Notes: a model not told the origin generated them from the letters alone. DNA of 64,000 nt from Oscillospiraceae bacterium (GCA_021202845.1 JAJQCF010000028.1:3796-67795); one strand, 5' to 3'. Positions 1 through 12,071 are shown, counted from the first letter of the stretch. Made by a program: numbers and translations.

Positions 1-825
1 AGCGTGCATTGGCTGACCGTACTCGAGCATGACGTAGTTTGTTATATCGACAATGTTGTTAATTGGCCTCACGCCGCTGTTGCGCAGTCTCTCGCGCATC
101 CACTCCGGCGAGGGCTGAATTTTTACGTTGCGCACCATGCGCGCGGTGTAGCGCGGGCAGAGGACGGCATCGGCAATTTCTATGGAGGCGAGGTCGGTTA
201 TGTCTCCGCCGCTGCCCTTGATGACCGGCGTGTGCTCGCGCAGAGGACGGTCGAACGTGACCGCCGCCTCGCGCGCAAGACCGATGACGGAGAGACAGTC
301 GGGGCGGTTGGGGGTTATCTCGAACTCAACTACCTTGTCGTCAAGACCGATGAGCGCGCCGATGTCGTCGCCCGGGCGGACATTGGGGTTGGTTATAATC
401 CAAATGCCGTCCTCTATGGCGTCGGGGTAGTCGTGCAGCGTCAGTCCCAGCTCGCTCAGCGAGCAGAGCATACCGTTGGACACAACGCCGCGCAGCTTGC
501 CGCGCTCTATGGCTTTGCCGCAGGGCAGCAGGCTCTTGTGCTTGGCCACGGGCACCATGTCGCCCTGCTTGACGTTCTGTGCGCCGGTGACAATCTGCAC
601 CGGCTCCGCCTCGCCTATATCCACAAGGCAGACCCACATATGGTCGCTGTTCTCGTGCCGCCAGATTTCCGTGACACGTCCCGCGACTACGTTTTTAATT
701 TTTTCGGACAGCACCTCGGTGCTCTCCACCTTGGAGCCGGAGAGGGTCATTGCCTCGGCAAAGTCCCTGTCGCTCATCTCCGGCACGTCCACAAACTCAC
801 TGAGCCATTTTCTGCTTAAAAGCAT
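1..825 (-). CDS. pheT: Phenylalanine--tRNA ligase beta subunit, N-terminal part (gene runs off the window start)
   Basis: Absent from the ORF track because it has no stop inside the window. Hand translation of the minus strand from ATG at 825 gives MLLSRKWLSEFVDVPEMSDRDFAEAMTLSGSKVESTEVLSEKIKNVVAGRVTEIWRHENSDHMWVCLVDIGEAEP..., a typical PheT N-terminal tRNA-binding domain. It lies 18 nt downstream of pheS, matching conserved pheST order. Plus-strand ORF 4..819 is its antisense shadow. Confidence 0.85.
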   Translation of the reverse strand, partial: MLLSRKWLSEFVDVPEMSDRDFAEAMTLSGSKVESTEVLSEKIKNVVAGRVTEIWRHENSDHMWVCLVDIGEAEPVQIVTGAQNVKQGDMVPVAKHKSLLPCGKAIERGKLRGVVSNGMLCSLSELGLTLHDYPDAIEDGIWIITNPNVRPGDDIGALIGLDDKVVEFEITPNRPDCLSVIGLAREAAVTFDRPLREHTPVIKGSGGDITDLASIEIADAVLCPRYTARMVRNVKIQPSPEWMRERLRNSGVRPINNIVDITNYVMLEYGQPMHA

Positions 826-843
826 TTACTGCCGCCCCCTCTC

Positions 844-1869
844 TCAAAACTGCTCAAGGAACCGCGTGTCATTTTCAAAAATGAGACGCAGGTCGGAAAT
901 TTTGTAGCTGCGCAGCGCCAGACGCTCCAGACCCATGCCGAAGGCCCAGCCGGAGTAGACGTCGGGGTCTATGCCGCAGCCGGCCAAGACCTTGGGGTGA
1001 ATCATGCCCGCGCCCAGAACCTCAATCCAGCCCTCGCCCTTGCAGGTGGGGCAGCCGACGCCGCCGCACTTGTGGCACTGCACGTCCATTTCGCAGCTCG
1101 GCTCGGTGAAGGGGAAGTGGTGGGGGCGGAAGCGCGTGACGGTGTTCTCGCCGTAAAGGCGGCGGACGACGGTGTTCAGCGTGCCCTTGAGGTCGGCCAT
1201 AGTCACGCCCTTGTCTATCGCCATGCCCTCTATCTGGTGGAACATGGGCGAGTGGGTGGCGTCAACCTCGTCCTTGCGGTAGACGCGCCCGGGGGCGATT
1301 ATGCGTATGGGCAGAGTGCGCGTTTCCATTGCGTGAACCTGCATGGGGCTTGTCTGCGTGCGCAGGCAGACGCGGCTGTCGGGCGTGAAGTAGAATGTGT
1401 CCGTCCACTCGCGGGAGGGGTGTCCCTCGTCAATGTTCAGCTTGGTGAAGTTGTATTCGCCCAGCTCCACTTCGGGGCCGTCCAAAATGTCGAAGCCCAT
1501 GCCGATGAATATTTCCTTTATCTCGTCCAGCACCGTGTACATGGGGTGACGGTGGCCAAGGCGGTACTCCGCGCCGGGTATCGTCACGTCCAGCGTCTCG
1601 CTCTTGAGCTTGTGCTCCAGCGCGGCGGCGGCTATGGCCTCGCCGCGCTCGGCCAGACGGCGCTCAAGCTGCGCGCGCACGTCGTTGGCGAGCTGGCCCA
1701 TTGCGGGGCGCTCCTCGGCGGAGAGCTTGCCCATTTGCTTCAGCACCGCGGTCAGCTCGCCCTTTTTGCCGAGGTACTTGACCCTCAGCTCCTCCAGCGC
1801 CTGAGCCGAATCCGCGCTCTCGATGGCCGAAAGAGAACGCTCCTTCAGCTCCCTCAAAAGTTCCTTCAT
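844..1869 (-). CDS. pheS: Phenylalanine--tRNA ligase alpha subunit
   Basis: 341-aa ORF. The N-terminal coiled region (ALEELRVKYLGKKGELT) and class II core (FTEPSCEMDV, GWAFGMGLERL) are characteristic of PheS. A T-box leader lies upstream and pheT downstream. Confidence 0.95.
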   Translation of the reverse strand: MKELLRELKERSLSAIESADSAQALEELRVKYLGKKGELTAVLKQMGKLSAEERPAMGQLANDVRAQLERRLAERGEAIAAAALEHKLKSETLDVTIPGAEYRLGHRHPMYTVLDEIKEIFIGMGFDILDGPEVELGEYNFTKLNIDEGHPSREWTDTFYFTPDSRVCLRTQTSPMQVHAMETRTLPIRIIAPGRVYRKDEVDATHSPMFHQIEGMAIDKGVTMADLKGTLNTVVRRLYGENTVTRFRPHHFPFTEPSCEMDVQCHKCGGVGCPTCKGEGWIEVLGAGMIHPKVLAGCGIDPDVYSGWAFGMGLERLALRSYKISDLRLIFENDTRFLEQF

Positions 1870-1928
1870 TTACATTTATCCTTTCAAATATTGATGTGAC
1901 GGTTTTGCTAAGATTGGCTCCGCGGCGC

Positions 1929-2190
1929 AAAAAAGCCGCTCCGCCCCGAAATTTTTTCAGGACGAAAGCAGCAGCTTCCGCGGTACCACCCGAATTTGCC
2001 CGACCCCGATTTTGCCGAGAGGGGGGGTGAGCACACTCTTTTTCCCGTATAACGGCGGGCGCCGTCCCGTTTTTGGCGGGACGCTCGCGGGCGAACCGGA
2101 CGCAGCGCTTTTCGCGGGCGGCTTTCAGCCTGTGGCACGCCCTCTCTGTCGCGGGCTGATGCGTCATTTTCCCGTTCACAGCGTTTTCAC
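1929..2190 (-). promoter_or_regulatory. T-box leader (tRNA-sensing transcription attenuator) upstream of pheST
   Basis: The minus strand contains the conserved T-box sequence AAATTCGGGTGGTACCGCGG (plus coordinates about 1977..1996). An AGAGAG bulge motif and a GGCTGAAAG distal-loop-like element lie upstream. A terminator helix (AAGCTGCT...AGCGGCTT) followed by TTTTTTG lies downstream. A UUC (Phe) triplet sits in ...GUCCGGUUCGCC... at roughly the expected specifier position, but I could not fold stem I with certainty. Confidence 0.8.
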
Positions 2191-2196
2191 CCGCTT

Positions 2197-2225
2197 ATTA
2201 TATATCACATTCCGCCGCTTGGCAA
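2197..2225 (-). promoter_or_regulatory. Candidate sigma-A promoter of the pheST T-box leader
   Basis: Minus strand reads TTGCCA - 17 nt - TATAAT immediately upstream of the T-box leader. Confidence 0.45.
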
Positions 2226-2682
2226 GCGAAAAATTGCCGGTTTTTCCGCCCTCGCCCTCCGCGCCGCCGAGACGGATAAAGAAGTGATTACTATTTGTAT
2301 AATCGCCGAGCGCGCAGGCGGCTGCGCAGTCATAAAATTTTTTTGTCAAGCCGCTTATTGCACAAATTTCGCGCGTCGATTTTTCAAAATCATAAAAAGA
2401 TTTTTTCGTTTGCGCCCCTTGACACGCTCGGAGAATTGTGCTTTGCAGGGCACTGAGTTTGCCTCAGCTAATTTATTAGAGTTTACATAACATGATTATT
2501 TTTTGTCAATGCCGAAAAGTTATCAACAATTCCAACAGAGTTTTCAACAAAGTCGATTTTGGCGAATTTGCGGCGTTTTACGCAGAATTTACACTATGTA
2601 GCAAACCCGCAACCGCGCCCTGCGACAAATTTTGCGCCGAGGATTCGGTTTGCATAATCGTTATGCTGCGCGCTCGGGGTGC

Positions 2683-2711
2683 TTGTGCTTTTCGCGCAGA
2701 GAGAGTATAAT
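2683..2711 (+). promoter_or_regulatory. Candidate promoter of uvrB
   Basis: TTGTGC - 17 nt - TATAAT, located 48 nt upstream of the uvrB ATG. Confidence 0.4.
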
Positions 2712-2758
2712 GTAAGCATGAGAAGAAATTGACGCATTTTGTAAGGGGGCGCAGGGAA

Positions 2759-4726
<1,968 letters not shown>

Positions 4727-4739
4727 GATTGAGATATAA

Positions 4740-6098
4740 ATGGATACGCAAGAAAAGAAAAACGACTTCACCGAGGGCAGCATTGCCGCGGTGATACTGC
4801 GCATGGCCGCGCCCATGACCGTGGCACAGCTGGTGAGCGTGCTCTACAGCATTGTGGATAGAATGTACCTCGGCCACTTGGAGGGCATGGGCACAATGGC
4901 GCTCACCGGCCTCGGCATAGGTATGCCGCTCATTGTGATAATAAACGCCTTCGCCAACCTCTGCGGCATGGGCGGTGCGCCGCTGTGCTCCATAGACCGC
5001 GGCGCGGGGCGCATTGCCGAGGCGGAAAAGCTCATGGCCAACAGCCTGACGCTGCTGCTCGCGTTCGGCGTGGCGCTGACCGCCGTGACGCAGATTTTTC
5101 TGCGCCCGCTGCTCTACGCCTTCGGCGCGAGCGACCAGACTTACGGCTACGCCGCGGAGTATATGCGCTTTTACTGCGTCGGCTGCATACCCGTCATGCT
5201 GGGGCTGGGTATGCACTCTTTCATCAACGCGCAGGGCTTTGCCAAAATGAGTATGCTGACGACCATATTCGGCGCGGCGGTGAACATTGTGCTCGACCCC
5301 ATTTTCATATTCGCGCTGGGGCTCGGCATACGAGGCGCGGCGCTGGCCTCGGTGCTGGCGCAGACGGCCTCCGCCGTGTGGGTCATGCGTTTTCTCTGCT
5401 CGCGCCGCGCCGTGCTCACGCTGCGCCGCGCGGACATGGCGCCGGATATTAAGCTCTGCGGCAGAATTTTGGCAATGGGTGCCAGCACGTTCGTTATGAA
5501 CTGCACCGCCAGCCTGATACAGATTGTCGCCAACGTCCAGCTGCGGCTTTACGGCGGCGACCTCTACGTCGGCGTAATGACGGTTGTCAACTCCATAGAG
5601 CAGGTGTTTTTCTTGGTGATGAACGGGCTCAATCAGGGCGCGCAGCCCGTCATGGGCTATAACTACGGCGCGCACCGCCACGACCGCCTGCGGCAGGGTA
5701 TGCACTTCATGTGGAAAACTTGGGTCGGCTACGCCACTGCCGTGACGGTTATAATCCTCGTCTTCCCTCGCCCCTTCGCGCTCATGTTCAGCAGCGACGA
5801 GGAGCTGGTGACGCTGGCGGCGCACTCCATAAGGCTCTTCTTCTGCACGTTCATGTTCATGGGTCTGCAAAGCGTGTCGCAGTGCCTGTTCCAGTCGTTC
5901 GGCCGCTCGGGCAAGGCCATATTCTTCTCGCTTCTGCGCAAGGCCATTATTGTTGTGCCGCTGACGGTGCTGCTGCCGCGCTGGGGCTTCGGCGTGGATG
6001 GCGTGTTCTTGGCCAACGCCGTCAGCTGCGTGCTGGGCGGCACCGCCTGCTTTGTCACCATGTACTTCACCGAGTACAGGCGGCTGGAAAAGTGCTGA
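4740..6098 (+). CDS. MATE family efflux transporter
   Basis: 452-aa polytopic membrane ORF. The N-terminus ...GSIAAVILRMAAPMTVAQLVSVLYSIVDRMYLGH... is typical of MATE/NorM-type exporters, and the length fits 12 TM helices. Confidence 0.85.
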   Translation: MDTQEKKNDFTEGSIAAVILRMAAPMTVAQLVSVLYSIVDRMYLGHLEGMGTMALTGLGIGMPLIVIINAFANLCGMGGAPLCSIDRGAGRIAEAEKLMANSLTLLLAFGVALTAVTQIFLRPLLYAFGASDQTYGYAAEYMRFYCVGCIPVMLGLGMHSFINAQGFAKMSMLTTIFGAAVNIVLDPIFIFALGLGIRGAALASVLAQTASAVWVMRFLCSRRAVLTLRRADMAPDIKLCGRILAMGASTFVMNCTASLIQIVANVQLRLYGGDLYVGVMTVVNSIEQVFFLVMNGLNQGAQPVMGYNYGAHRHDRLRQGMHFMWKTWVGYATAVTVIILVFPRPFALMFSSDEELVTLAAHSIRLFFCTFMFMGLQSVSQCLFQSFGRSGKAIFFSLLRKAIIVVPLTVLLPRWGFGVDGVFLANAVSCVLGGTACFVTMYFTEYRRLEKC

Positions 6099-6207
6099 AA
6101 AGCTCCCGCAGTATAGCAGACGCGTAAAAATTTTGCTAAGTTTCTGAAAAATTCACAAAATTCGTAGTGTTTTTTGCTGAGAAATATGGTATAATTGACC
6201 GCATAGG

Positions 6208-8121
6208 GTGAGACTCAACGCATTCCTGACGGAGGTAACAGGCGTGGAATACGAGAAATACATAAGCTGCGAGCGGCTGCCCGACTATGTTTCCGGCAGC
6301 TGCGCCTGCGGCTGGGAGCTGTTCGGCTGCCGCTATGCGGCGGAGCGCGGGGCGTGGCTCTTCACCGTCTATGCCCCCAACGCGGACAGCGTGGAGCTGG
6401 TCGGCGACTTCTGCTCTTGGGACGCGGGAGTGCCCATGCAGCGCGGCGAGAGCGGACTGTGGTACGCCTTTTCCGCCGAGGCGCGGCGCGGTCAGGTCTA
6501 TAAATACGCCGTCACGCACGGAGGCACAAGAGTGCTGAAAAGCGACCCCTACGCCCTGCACTGCGAAACCGGTCCCGCCACCGGCTCCAAGGTCTGGGAG
6601 CTGGACGGCGTGCGGTGGACGGACGGCGCGTGGATGGCCTCGCGCGAGCGGCGGGACATTGCCGCCTCGCCGGTGTCCATATACGAGGTTCACTTAGGCT
6701 CGTGGCGCAAACGCGAGGGGGAGGTCTACCCCAACTACCGCGCCCTTGCGCCGGAGCTCGCCGCCTACTGCGTGAACATGGGCTATACGCATGTGGAGCT
6801 GATGCCGGTGACGGAGTACCCGTTCGAGGGCTCGTGGGGCTATCAGGTGACGGGCTACTTCGCCCCCACCTCTCGCTACGGCACGCCGGAGGACTTCGCC
6901 TATCTCATAAACGAACTGCACCGCGCGGGGCTCGGCGTCATCATGGACTGGGTTCCGGCGCACTTCCCGCGCGACGCCCACGGTCTCGCCGCGTTTGACG
7001 GCACCGCGCTCTATGAGCGCTCCGACCCCAAAATGGCCGCGCACCCCGAGTGGGGGACGCTGATATTCGACTACTCCAAGGGCAGTGTCAGGAGCTTCCT
7101 GCTCTCCTCGGCCTGCTTCTTCGCGCGCAAATACCACATAGACGGCATACGCATGGACGCCGTCAGCTCCATGCTCTACCTCAGCTACGCCAGAGACGAC
7201 TACGTCCCCAACAGCCTCGGCGGGGACATAGACCTCGGCGCGGCAGATTTGCTGCGGCTTATAAACACCCGCCTGCACGCCCTCGGCGTCATCACTGTGG
7301 CGGAGGAATCCACAGCCTACCCCAAGGTGACGGAGAGCGAGGAGCGCGGCGGGCTCGGCTTCACGTTCAAGTGGGACATGGGCTTCATGCACGACACGCT
7401 GGACTATATGTCCCTCGACCCCTACTTCCGCGGCGGCAGCCACAACAAGCTGAGCTTTTCCATGATGTACGCCTTTTCCGAGCGCTATATCCTGCCGTTT
7501 TCCCACGACGAGGTGGTACACGGCAAAAAGTCCATGTTAGACAAGATGTACGGCGACTATGACCAGAAGTTTGCCTCACTGCGCGCGCTGTACGCCTTTC
7601 AGTTCGCGCACCCGGGCAAAAAGCTGACGTTCATGGGCAGCGACTTCGGGCAGTTCATCGAGTGGAACTACAAGCGCGAGTTAGACTGGTTCCTGCTGCA
7701 ATACCCGCGGCATGACGAGATGCGCCGCTTCTTCCGCAAAATAAATCAATTTTACCGCGCCCACCCCGCGATGTGGGCGGCCGACTGCGGCTGGGAGGGC
7801 TTCAAGTGGCTCAACGTGGACGACGCCGACCGCAGCTGCGTGGCCTTCATGCGCATTGCGCCGGAGGGCGAAAGGATAGTCTGCGCCTTCAACTTCACGC
7901 CCAAGGTCTGGGAGCTGCAAATCGGCCTGCCCTCGCGCGGGCGGCTGCAGCTGCGCATAAACAGCGACGAGCCGAACTTCGGCGGCACGGGCGCCAAGGT
8001 CAAGAAGTGGACGGCAGCGCGCGCGGAGCCGTTTTTGGAGCACCCCTGCTCCGCACTGCTTACGCTGCCGCCTCTGGGCGCGGTTTACTACGAATTTAAA
8101 GCCTCCGCAAAAGCTGACTGA
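6208..8121 (+). CDS. glgB: 1,4-alpha-glucan branching enzyme
   Basis: 637-aa ORF with a CBM48-like N-terminus (FTVYAPNADSVELVGDFCSWD) and GH13 catalytic regions (DWVPAHF, GIRMDAV, AEEST, FSHDEVVHGK). The GTG start at 6208 is the first start codon in frame; exact start not verified. Confidence 0.9.
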   Translation: MRLNAFLTEVTGVEYEKYISCERLPDYVSGSCACGWELFGCRYAAERGAWLFTVYAPNADSVELVGDFCSWDAGVPMQRGESGLWYAFSAEARRGQVYKYAVTHGGTRVLKSDPYALHCETGPATGSKVWELDGVRWTDGAWMASRERRDIAASPVSIYEVHLGSWRKREGEVYPNYRALAPELAAYCVNMGYTHVELMPVTEYPFEGSWGYQVTGYFAPTSRYGTPEDFAYLINELHRAGLGVIMDWVPAHFPRDAHGLAAFDGTALYERSDPKMAAHPEWGTLIFDYSKGSVRSFLLSSACFFARKYHIDGIRMDAVSSMLYLSYARDDYVPNSLGGDIDLGAADLLRLINTRLHALGVITVAEESTAYPKVTESEERGGLGFTFKWDMGFMHDTLDYMSLDPYFRGGSHNKLSFSMMYAFSERYILPFSHDEVVHGKKSMLDKMYGDYDQKFASLRALYAFQFAHPGKKLTFMGSDFGQFIEWNYKRELDWFLLQYPRHDEMRRFFRKINQFYRAHPAMWAADCGWEGFKWLNVDDADRSCVAFMRIAPEGERIVCAFNFTPKVWELQIGLPSRGRLQLRINSDEPNFGGTGAKVKKWTAARAEPFLEHPCSALLTLPPLGAVYYEFKASAKAD

Positions 8122-8138
8122 GAAAGGAACTTATTATA

Positions 8139-11100
8139 ATGCATGACGCTCTGCAAGCCATACTCCACCACAAGCACCGCACCCAGCTGCCGAATGTCCT
8201 CATAGCGGCTGCCGAATGCTCGCCGCTCTCCAAAACCGGCGGTCTGGCCGACGTTGTCGGCGCGCTGCCCAAGTCGCTGGCCAAGCTCGGCTTCGACGCG
8301 CGCGTCATCACGCCCTACCACCGCTGCATAAAGGAGAAGTACGCCGATAAAATTGAGCACATCTGGAGCTTCGACTTGCGCCTCGGCTGGCGTACGCAGT
8401 ATGTGGGGCTTGAAAAAACGGTCATAGACGGCGTGACGGTGTATTTGATAGACAACGAATACTATTTCGGCGACGCCATATACCGCGGCGGGCTGGCGGA
8501 GGGCGAGCAGTACTGCTACTTCCAGCGCGCGGTTTTGGAGTGCATACCGTTTTTGGACTTCAAGCCGGAGGTGCTGCACTGCAACGACTGGCACACGGCC
8601 ATGCTGCCGTTTCTCATAAAAACCCAGTACCAAGGCCAAGCGCAGGGCGCGCTGGGTACGGTGCTGACAATACACAATCTGGCGTTTCAGGGCTGGTTCG
8701 GCTTCGACTTCGTCTCCGATATGCTCAGCGTAGACCGCCGCTGGTACACGCCGGAGTACATACAGCACTTTGACTGCGTGAACTTCCTCAAGTCCGGCTG
8801 CGTCTTTGCCGACCGCATAACCACCGTCAGCCCCAACTATATGCGCGAGATTCAAACCCGCGAGTACGGCGAGGGGCTGGAGGACGTGCTGCGCTGGCGC
8901 TCCAGCGACCTCAGCGGCATTATAAACGGCATCGACACCGCGGTTTTCAACCCCGAAACCGACCCCAATCTCGTGCGCAGCTATTCCGCCGCAACCGTAC
9001 AAGAGGGCAAGCGCGAAAATAAAACGGCGCTCTTGAACGAATTGGGGCTGAACGCCGACGCGGACACGCCGGTTATCGCCATGGTCTCCCGCCTGACGGC
9101 GCAAAAGGGCATAAAGTTAGTGCTCGGTCAGGCCGACGCCATACTGGACGCGGGCGCTGTGCTCATCGTCTTGGGCTCCGGCGACAGCGGCTTCGAGGAC
9201 GCCATGCGCGACATCGAAAATCGCCACCGCGGACGTATGTGCGCCTACATAGGCTACAGCGAGCCCTTGGCGCGCCGGATATACGCCGGAGCGGACTTTC
9301 TGCTCATGCCGTCGCTGTTCGAGCCGTGCGGATTGAGCCAGATGATTGCCCAGCACTACGGCACTCTGCCCATAGTGCGCGAGACCGGCGGACTGCGCGA
9401 CACCGTGAACCCCTATAACCGCTACACCGGCTCCGGCGACGGCTTCTCCTTTGCCGAGGCCGACGGCGGCGTTATGCTCGGCGTCGTGCGCTACGCGCTG
9501 GAGACTTATCAAGATAAACCCGCAATGAGCAGGCTCATTGCCGAGGCCATGTCCCGCAGCTGCGGCTTTGACGGCCCCGCGCTGGAGTACGGCAAGCTGT
9601 TCGCCGCCGTCTGCCACGGCGCGCCGCTCAGCGCTTGGGCGGGCAGGGCGTCGCACACCCCGTGGAACGAGGACTGCCGCAAGCCGCTGGGCGCGGTGAG
9701 GTGCGGCGAGAGCGTCACGCTGCGCATCGAGGCGGAAAAGGAGATAACCGAGGCCGAGCTTGTGATAGACGGCGAGAGCGTGGCCATGACCTGCCACGGC
9801 CCCATTTGGGAGGCAACCGTCACCGCGGCGGCGGAGCCGACGGTGGAGTGGTACTACTTCCGCCTCAACGGCGAGGTGCTGCTGGGCGCGGACGGCGTGA
9901 GCTTCGACCGAGTCAAGGCGTTCCAGCTCACGGTCTGGGACGCGGCTTTCTCCACGCCCGAGTGGGCAAAGGGCGCGGTCATGTATCAAATATTCCCCGA
10001 CCGTTTCTGCCGCAAGGGCTCCGCACCGACCAAGGGCGCGGCCTACCACCGCTCGCTGGGGCGCAGCGTGGAAATGCACAAGCGCTGGGACGAGCCGGTG
10101 AAGTCGAGCGGCAAAAACGGGATGTACTACTACCCCGACGACTTCTACGGCGGCACCCTCAGCGGCATAGCGAGCCGCCTGCCGGAGCTGAAAGCAATGG
10201 GCGTGGACTGCATATACTTAAACCCCGTGTTCGAGTCGGACTCCAACCACCGCTATAATACGGCAGACTACCTGAAGATTGACCCCATACTGGGCACGAA
10301 CGCGGCTTTCAAAAAGCTCTGTGCCGAGGCCAAAAAGCTCGGTATGCGCGTCATTATAGACGGCGTTTTCTCCCACACCGGCGACGACAGCGTCTACTTC
10401 GACCGCCGCGGCGTCTACGGCGGCGGAGCCTGCTCCGGCGAGACTTCGCCGTATTATAAATGGTACGATTTCAAGGACTTCCCCGACGACTACCGCTGCT
10501 GGTGGGGCTTCCGTTCGCTGCCGGAGGTGAACGAGTGCGACCCTGATTGGCAAAACTTTGTCATCGACGGCGACAACAGCGTCATCAAGACGTGGCTGCG
10601 CGCAGGCGCCTCCGGCTACCGCCTCGACGTGGCCGACGAGCTGCCGGACGGCGTTATAGCAAAAATGCGCTCGGCAATCAAGTCCGAGGGCGAAAACCTG
10701 CTCATCGGCGAAGTCTGGGAGGACGCGACGACCAAGTTCAGCTACGGCAGCCGGCGCGCCTTCGCCTTGGGGCTGGAGCTGGACAGCGTGATGAACTATC
10801 CCCTGCGCAACTCGGTGCTGGCGTTCGCGCTGGGAGGTATAGACGCGGGAGAGCTGTGCCAATTTCTCGTGGAGCAAAAATTAAATTACCCCCAGCCAAT
10901 GTACCACTGTCTGATGAACATGCTGGGCAGCCACGACACGGCGCGGCTGCGCACGGTGCTCTCGCTCGGCATGGACGGCAGCGGCTTAACACGCGAGCAG
11001 CAGGCCGAGTTGGAGGTTCCCGAGGACAAAAACGAGCGCGGACGGCGGCTGCAGCGCGTGTGTGCCGCCATTCAGTTCACGCTGCCGGGAATGCCCAGCG

Positions 11101-11498
11101 TCTACTACGGCGACGAGGAGGGTATGCAGGGCTTCCGCGACCCGTTCTGCCGCAGCCCGTATGAGCAAAAAGAAGGCGAGCTGCGCGGGTACTACGCCGC
11201 GCTTGCCTCGGCGCGCCACGGCTCGACAGCGCTCATGCACGGTGACGCGGCCTTCTGCGCGCCCACGCCGGATGTTGTGTGCATACTGCGCTTCGACGGT
11301 CAGACAACCGCGCTCTGCGCCGTCAACCGCTCGGAAAACGAGGTCACAATAGTACCCAGAGCGGCGGACTTCATCGGCGCGGCGCGCTCGGAGCTTGGCA
11401 GGCTGCCGCTCATGCCGCGCATGACGCTCGGCGGCACGGACGTAATGCTGGCCGCCGAGACAAACGGGGAGTGGACGGAGCTTGAGCTTGGAGTTTGA
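8139..11498 (+). CDS. glgA: Fusion protein: glycogen synthase (GT5, about aa 1-485) plus GH13 alpha-amylase/neopullulanase-like domain (about aa 490-1119)
   Basis: Single uninterrupted 1119-aa ORF. The N-terminal half has the GlgA signature (AAECSPLSKTGGLADVVGALPK, HCNDWHTA, SLFEPCGLSQM). The C-terminal half has an N-domain and then GH13 conserved regions: YQIFPDRF (about 9981), DGVFSHTG, GYRLDVADE (about 10613), GEVWED, LGSHDTAR. Confidence 0.85.
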   Translation: MHDALQAILHHKHRTQLPNVLIAAAECSPLSKTGGLADVVGALPKSLAKLGFDARVITPYHRCIKEKYADKIEHIWSFDLRLGWRTQYVGLEKTVIDGVTVYLIDNEYYFGDAIYRGGLAEGEQYCYFQRAVLECIPFLDFKPEVLHCNDWHTAMLPFLIKTQYQGQAQGALGTVLTIHNLAFQGWFGFDFVSDMLSVDRRWYTPEYIQHFDCVNFLKSGCVFADRITTVSPNYMREIQTREYGEGLEDVLRWRSSDLSGIINGIDTAVFNPETDPNLVRSYSAATVQEGKRENKTALLNELGLNADADTPVIAMVSRLTAQKGIKLVLGQADAILDAGAVLIVLGSGDSGFEDAMRDIENRHRGRMCAYIGYSEPLARRIYAGADFLLMPSLFEPCGLSQMIAQHYGTLPIVRETGGLRDTVNPYNRYTGSGDGFSFAEADGGVMLGVVRYALETYQDKPAMSRLIAEAMSRSCGFDGPALEYGKLFAAVCHGAPLSAWAGRASHTPWNEDCRKPLGAVRCGESVTLRIEAEKEITEAELVIDGESVAMTCHGPIWEATVTAAAEPTVEWYYFRLNGEVLLGADGVSFDRVKAFQLTVWDAAFSTPEWAKGAVMYQIFPDRFCRKGSAPTKGAAYHRSLGRSVEMHKRWDEPVKSSGKNGMYYYPDDFYGGTLSGIASRLPELKAMGVDCIYLNPVFESDSNHRYNTADYLKIDPILGTNAAFKKLCAEAKKLGMRVIIDGVFSHTGDDSVYFDRRGVYGGGACSGETSPYYKWYDFKDFPDDYRCWWGFRSLPEVNECDPDWQNFVIDGDNSVIKTWLRAGASGYRLDVADELPDGVIAKMRSAIKSEGENLLIGEVWEDATTKFSYGSRRAFALGLELDSVMNYPLRNSVLAFALGGIDAGELCQFLVEQKLNYPQPMYHCLMNMLGSHDTARLRTVLSLGMDGSGLTREQQAELEVPEDKNERGRRLQRVCAAIQFTLPGMPSVYYGDEEGMQGFRDPFCRSPYEQKEGELRGYYAALASARHGSTALMHGDAAFCAPTPDVVCILRFDGQTTALCAVNRSENEVTIVPRAADFIGAARSELGRLPLMPRMTLGGTDVMLAAETNGEWTELELGV

Positions 11499-11943
11499 AA
11501 CGTATATGCGCCGCGCCCTTGACTTGGCGCGCGAGGCTGCGGCGGCGGGCGAGGTGCCGGTCGGCTGCGTCATAGCCGACGCGGAGGGCAAAATAATCGG
11601 AGAGGGGCGCAACCGCCGCGAGGCCACGCGCCTTGTGCGCTCCCACGCGGAAATGGACGCCATAGACATGGCCTGCGCCGCGCGCGGCGACTGGCGGCTG
11701 GACGACTGCACGCTGTTCGTCACCCTCGAACCCTGCCCCATGTGCGCCGGAGCGATGATAAACGCCCGCCTCGGCCGATTAGTGTATGCCGCCCGCGACA
11801 GCGTCTACGGCTCCTGCGCCGGAGTGCTGAACCTCTTTGCAGAAAACTACCCCGCCCACACCGCAATCTACGCCGGCATAATGGCCGCCGAGAGCGAAAG
11901 ATTGCTGAAAGAGTTCTTCGGCAGTCTGCGTCAGGAGCAGTGA
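11482..11943 (+). CDS. tadA: tRNA adenosine(34) deaminase
   Basis: CDA-fold zinc motifs HAEMDAI and PCPMCAGA, and a length of about 150 aa. The start is either TTG at 11482 (overlapping the upstream stop by 17 nt) or ATG at 11506. Confidence 0.85.
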   Translation: MSLEFETYMRRALDLAREAAAAGEVPVGCVIADAEGKIIGEGRNRREATRLVRSHAEMDAIDMACAARGDWRLDDCTLFVTLEPCPMCAGAMINARLGRLVYAARDSVYGSCAGVLNLFAENYPAHTAIYAGIMAAESERLLKEFFGSLRQEQ

Positions 11944-12043
11944 AATTGAGACGAGCCTGCGGCGTCCGACAAGGAGTATGCAGAGTTCATTTTAGATTAG
12001 CTGTCCGGCCACTATCATCTGCATAAAGTCTAAGAACAAAAAA

Positions 12044-12066
12044 GCGTGCCTCGCGCACGTCTTTTT
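12044..12066 (+). terminator. Weak candidate intrinsic terminator after tadA
   Basis: Short stem CGTGC/GCACG followed by TCTTTTT. Confidence 0.35.
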
Positions 12067-12071
12067 ACCCC

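Noticed and set aside
4-819. 271-aa plus-strand ORF at the window start
   Set aside because: It is the antisense shadow of pheT, whose minus-strand translation is clearly PheT-like. Long stop-free antisense frames are expected in high-GC DNA.
2230-2728. Small ORFs 2284..2490 and 2492..2710, and recurring AAATTTGCG-like words in the pheS-uvrB intergenic region
   Set aside because: The ORFs have no ribosome sites and give low-complexity translations. The word recurrences are short and imperfect. I also looked for a Firmicutes LexA (CGAAC-N4-GTTCG) box ahead of uvrB and did not find one.
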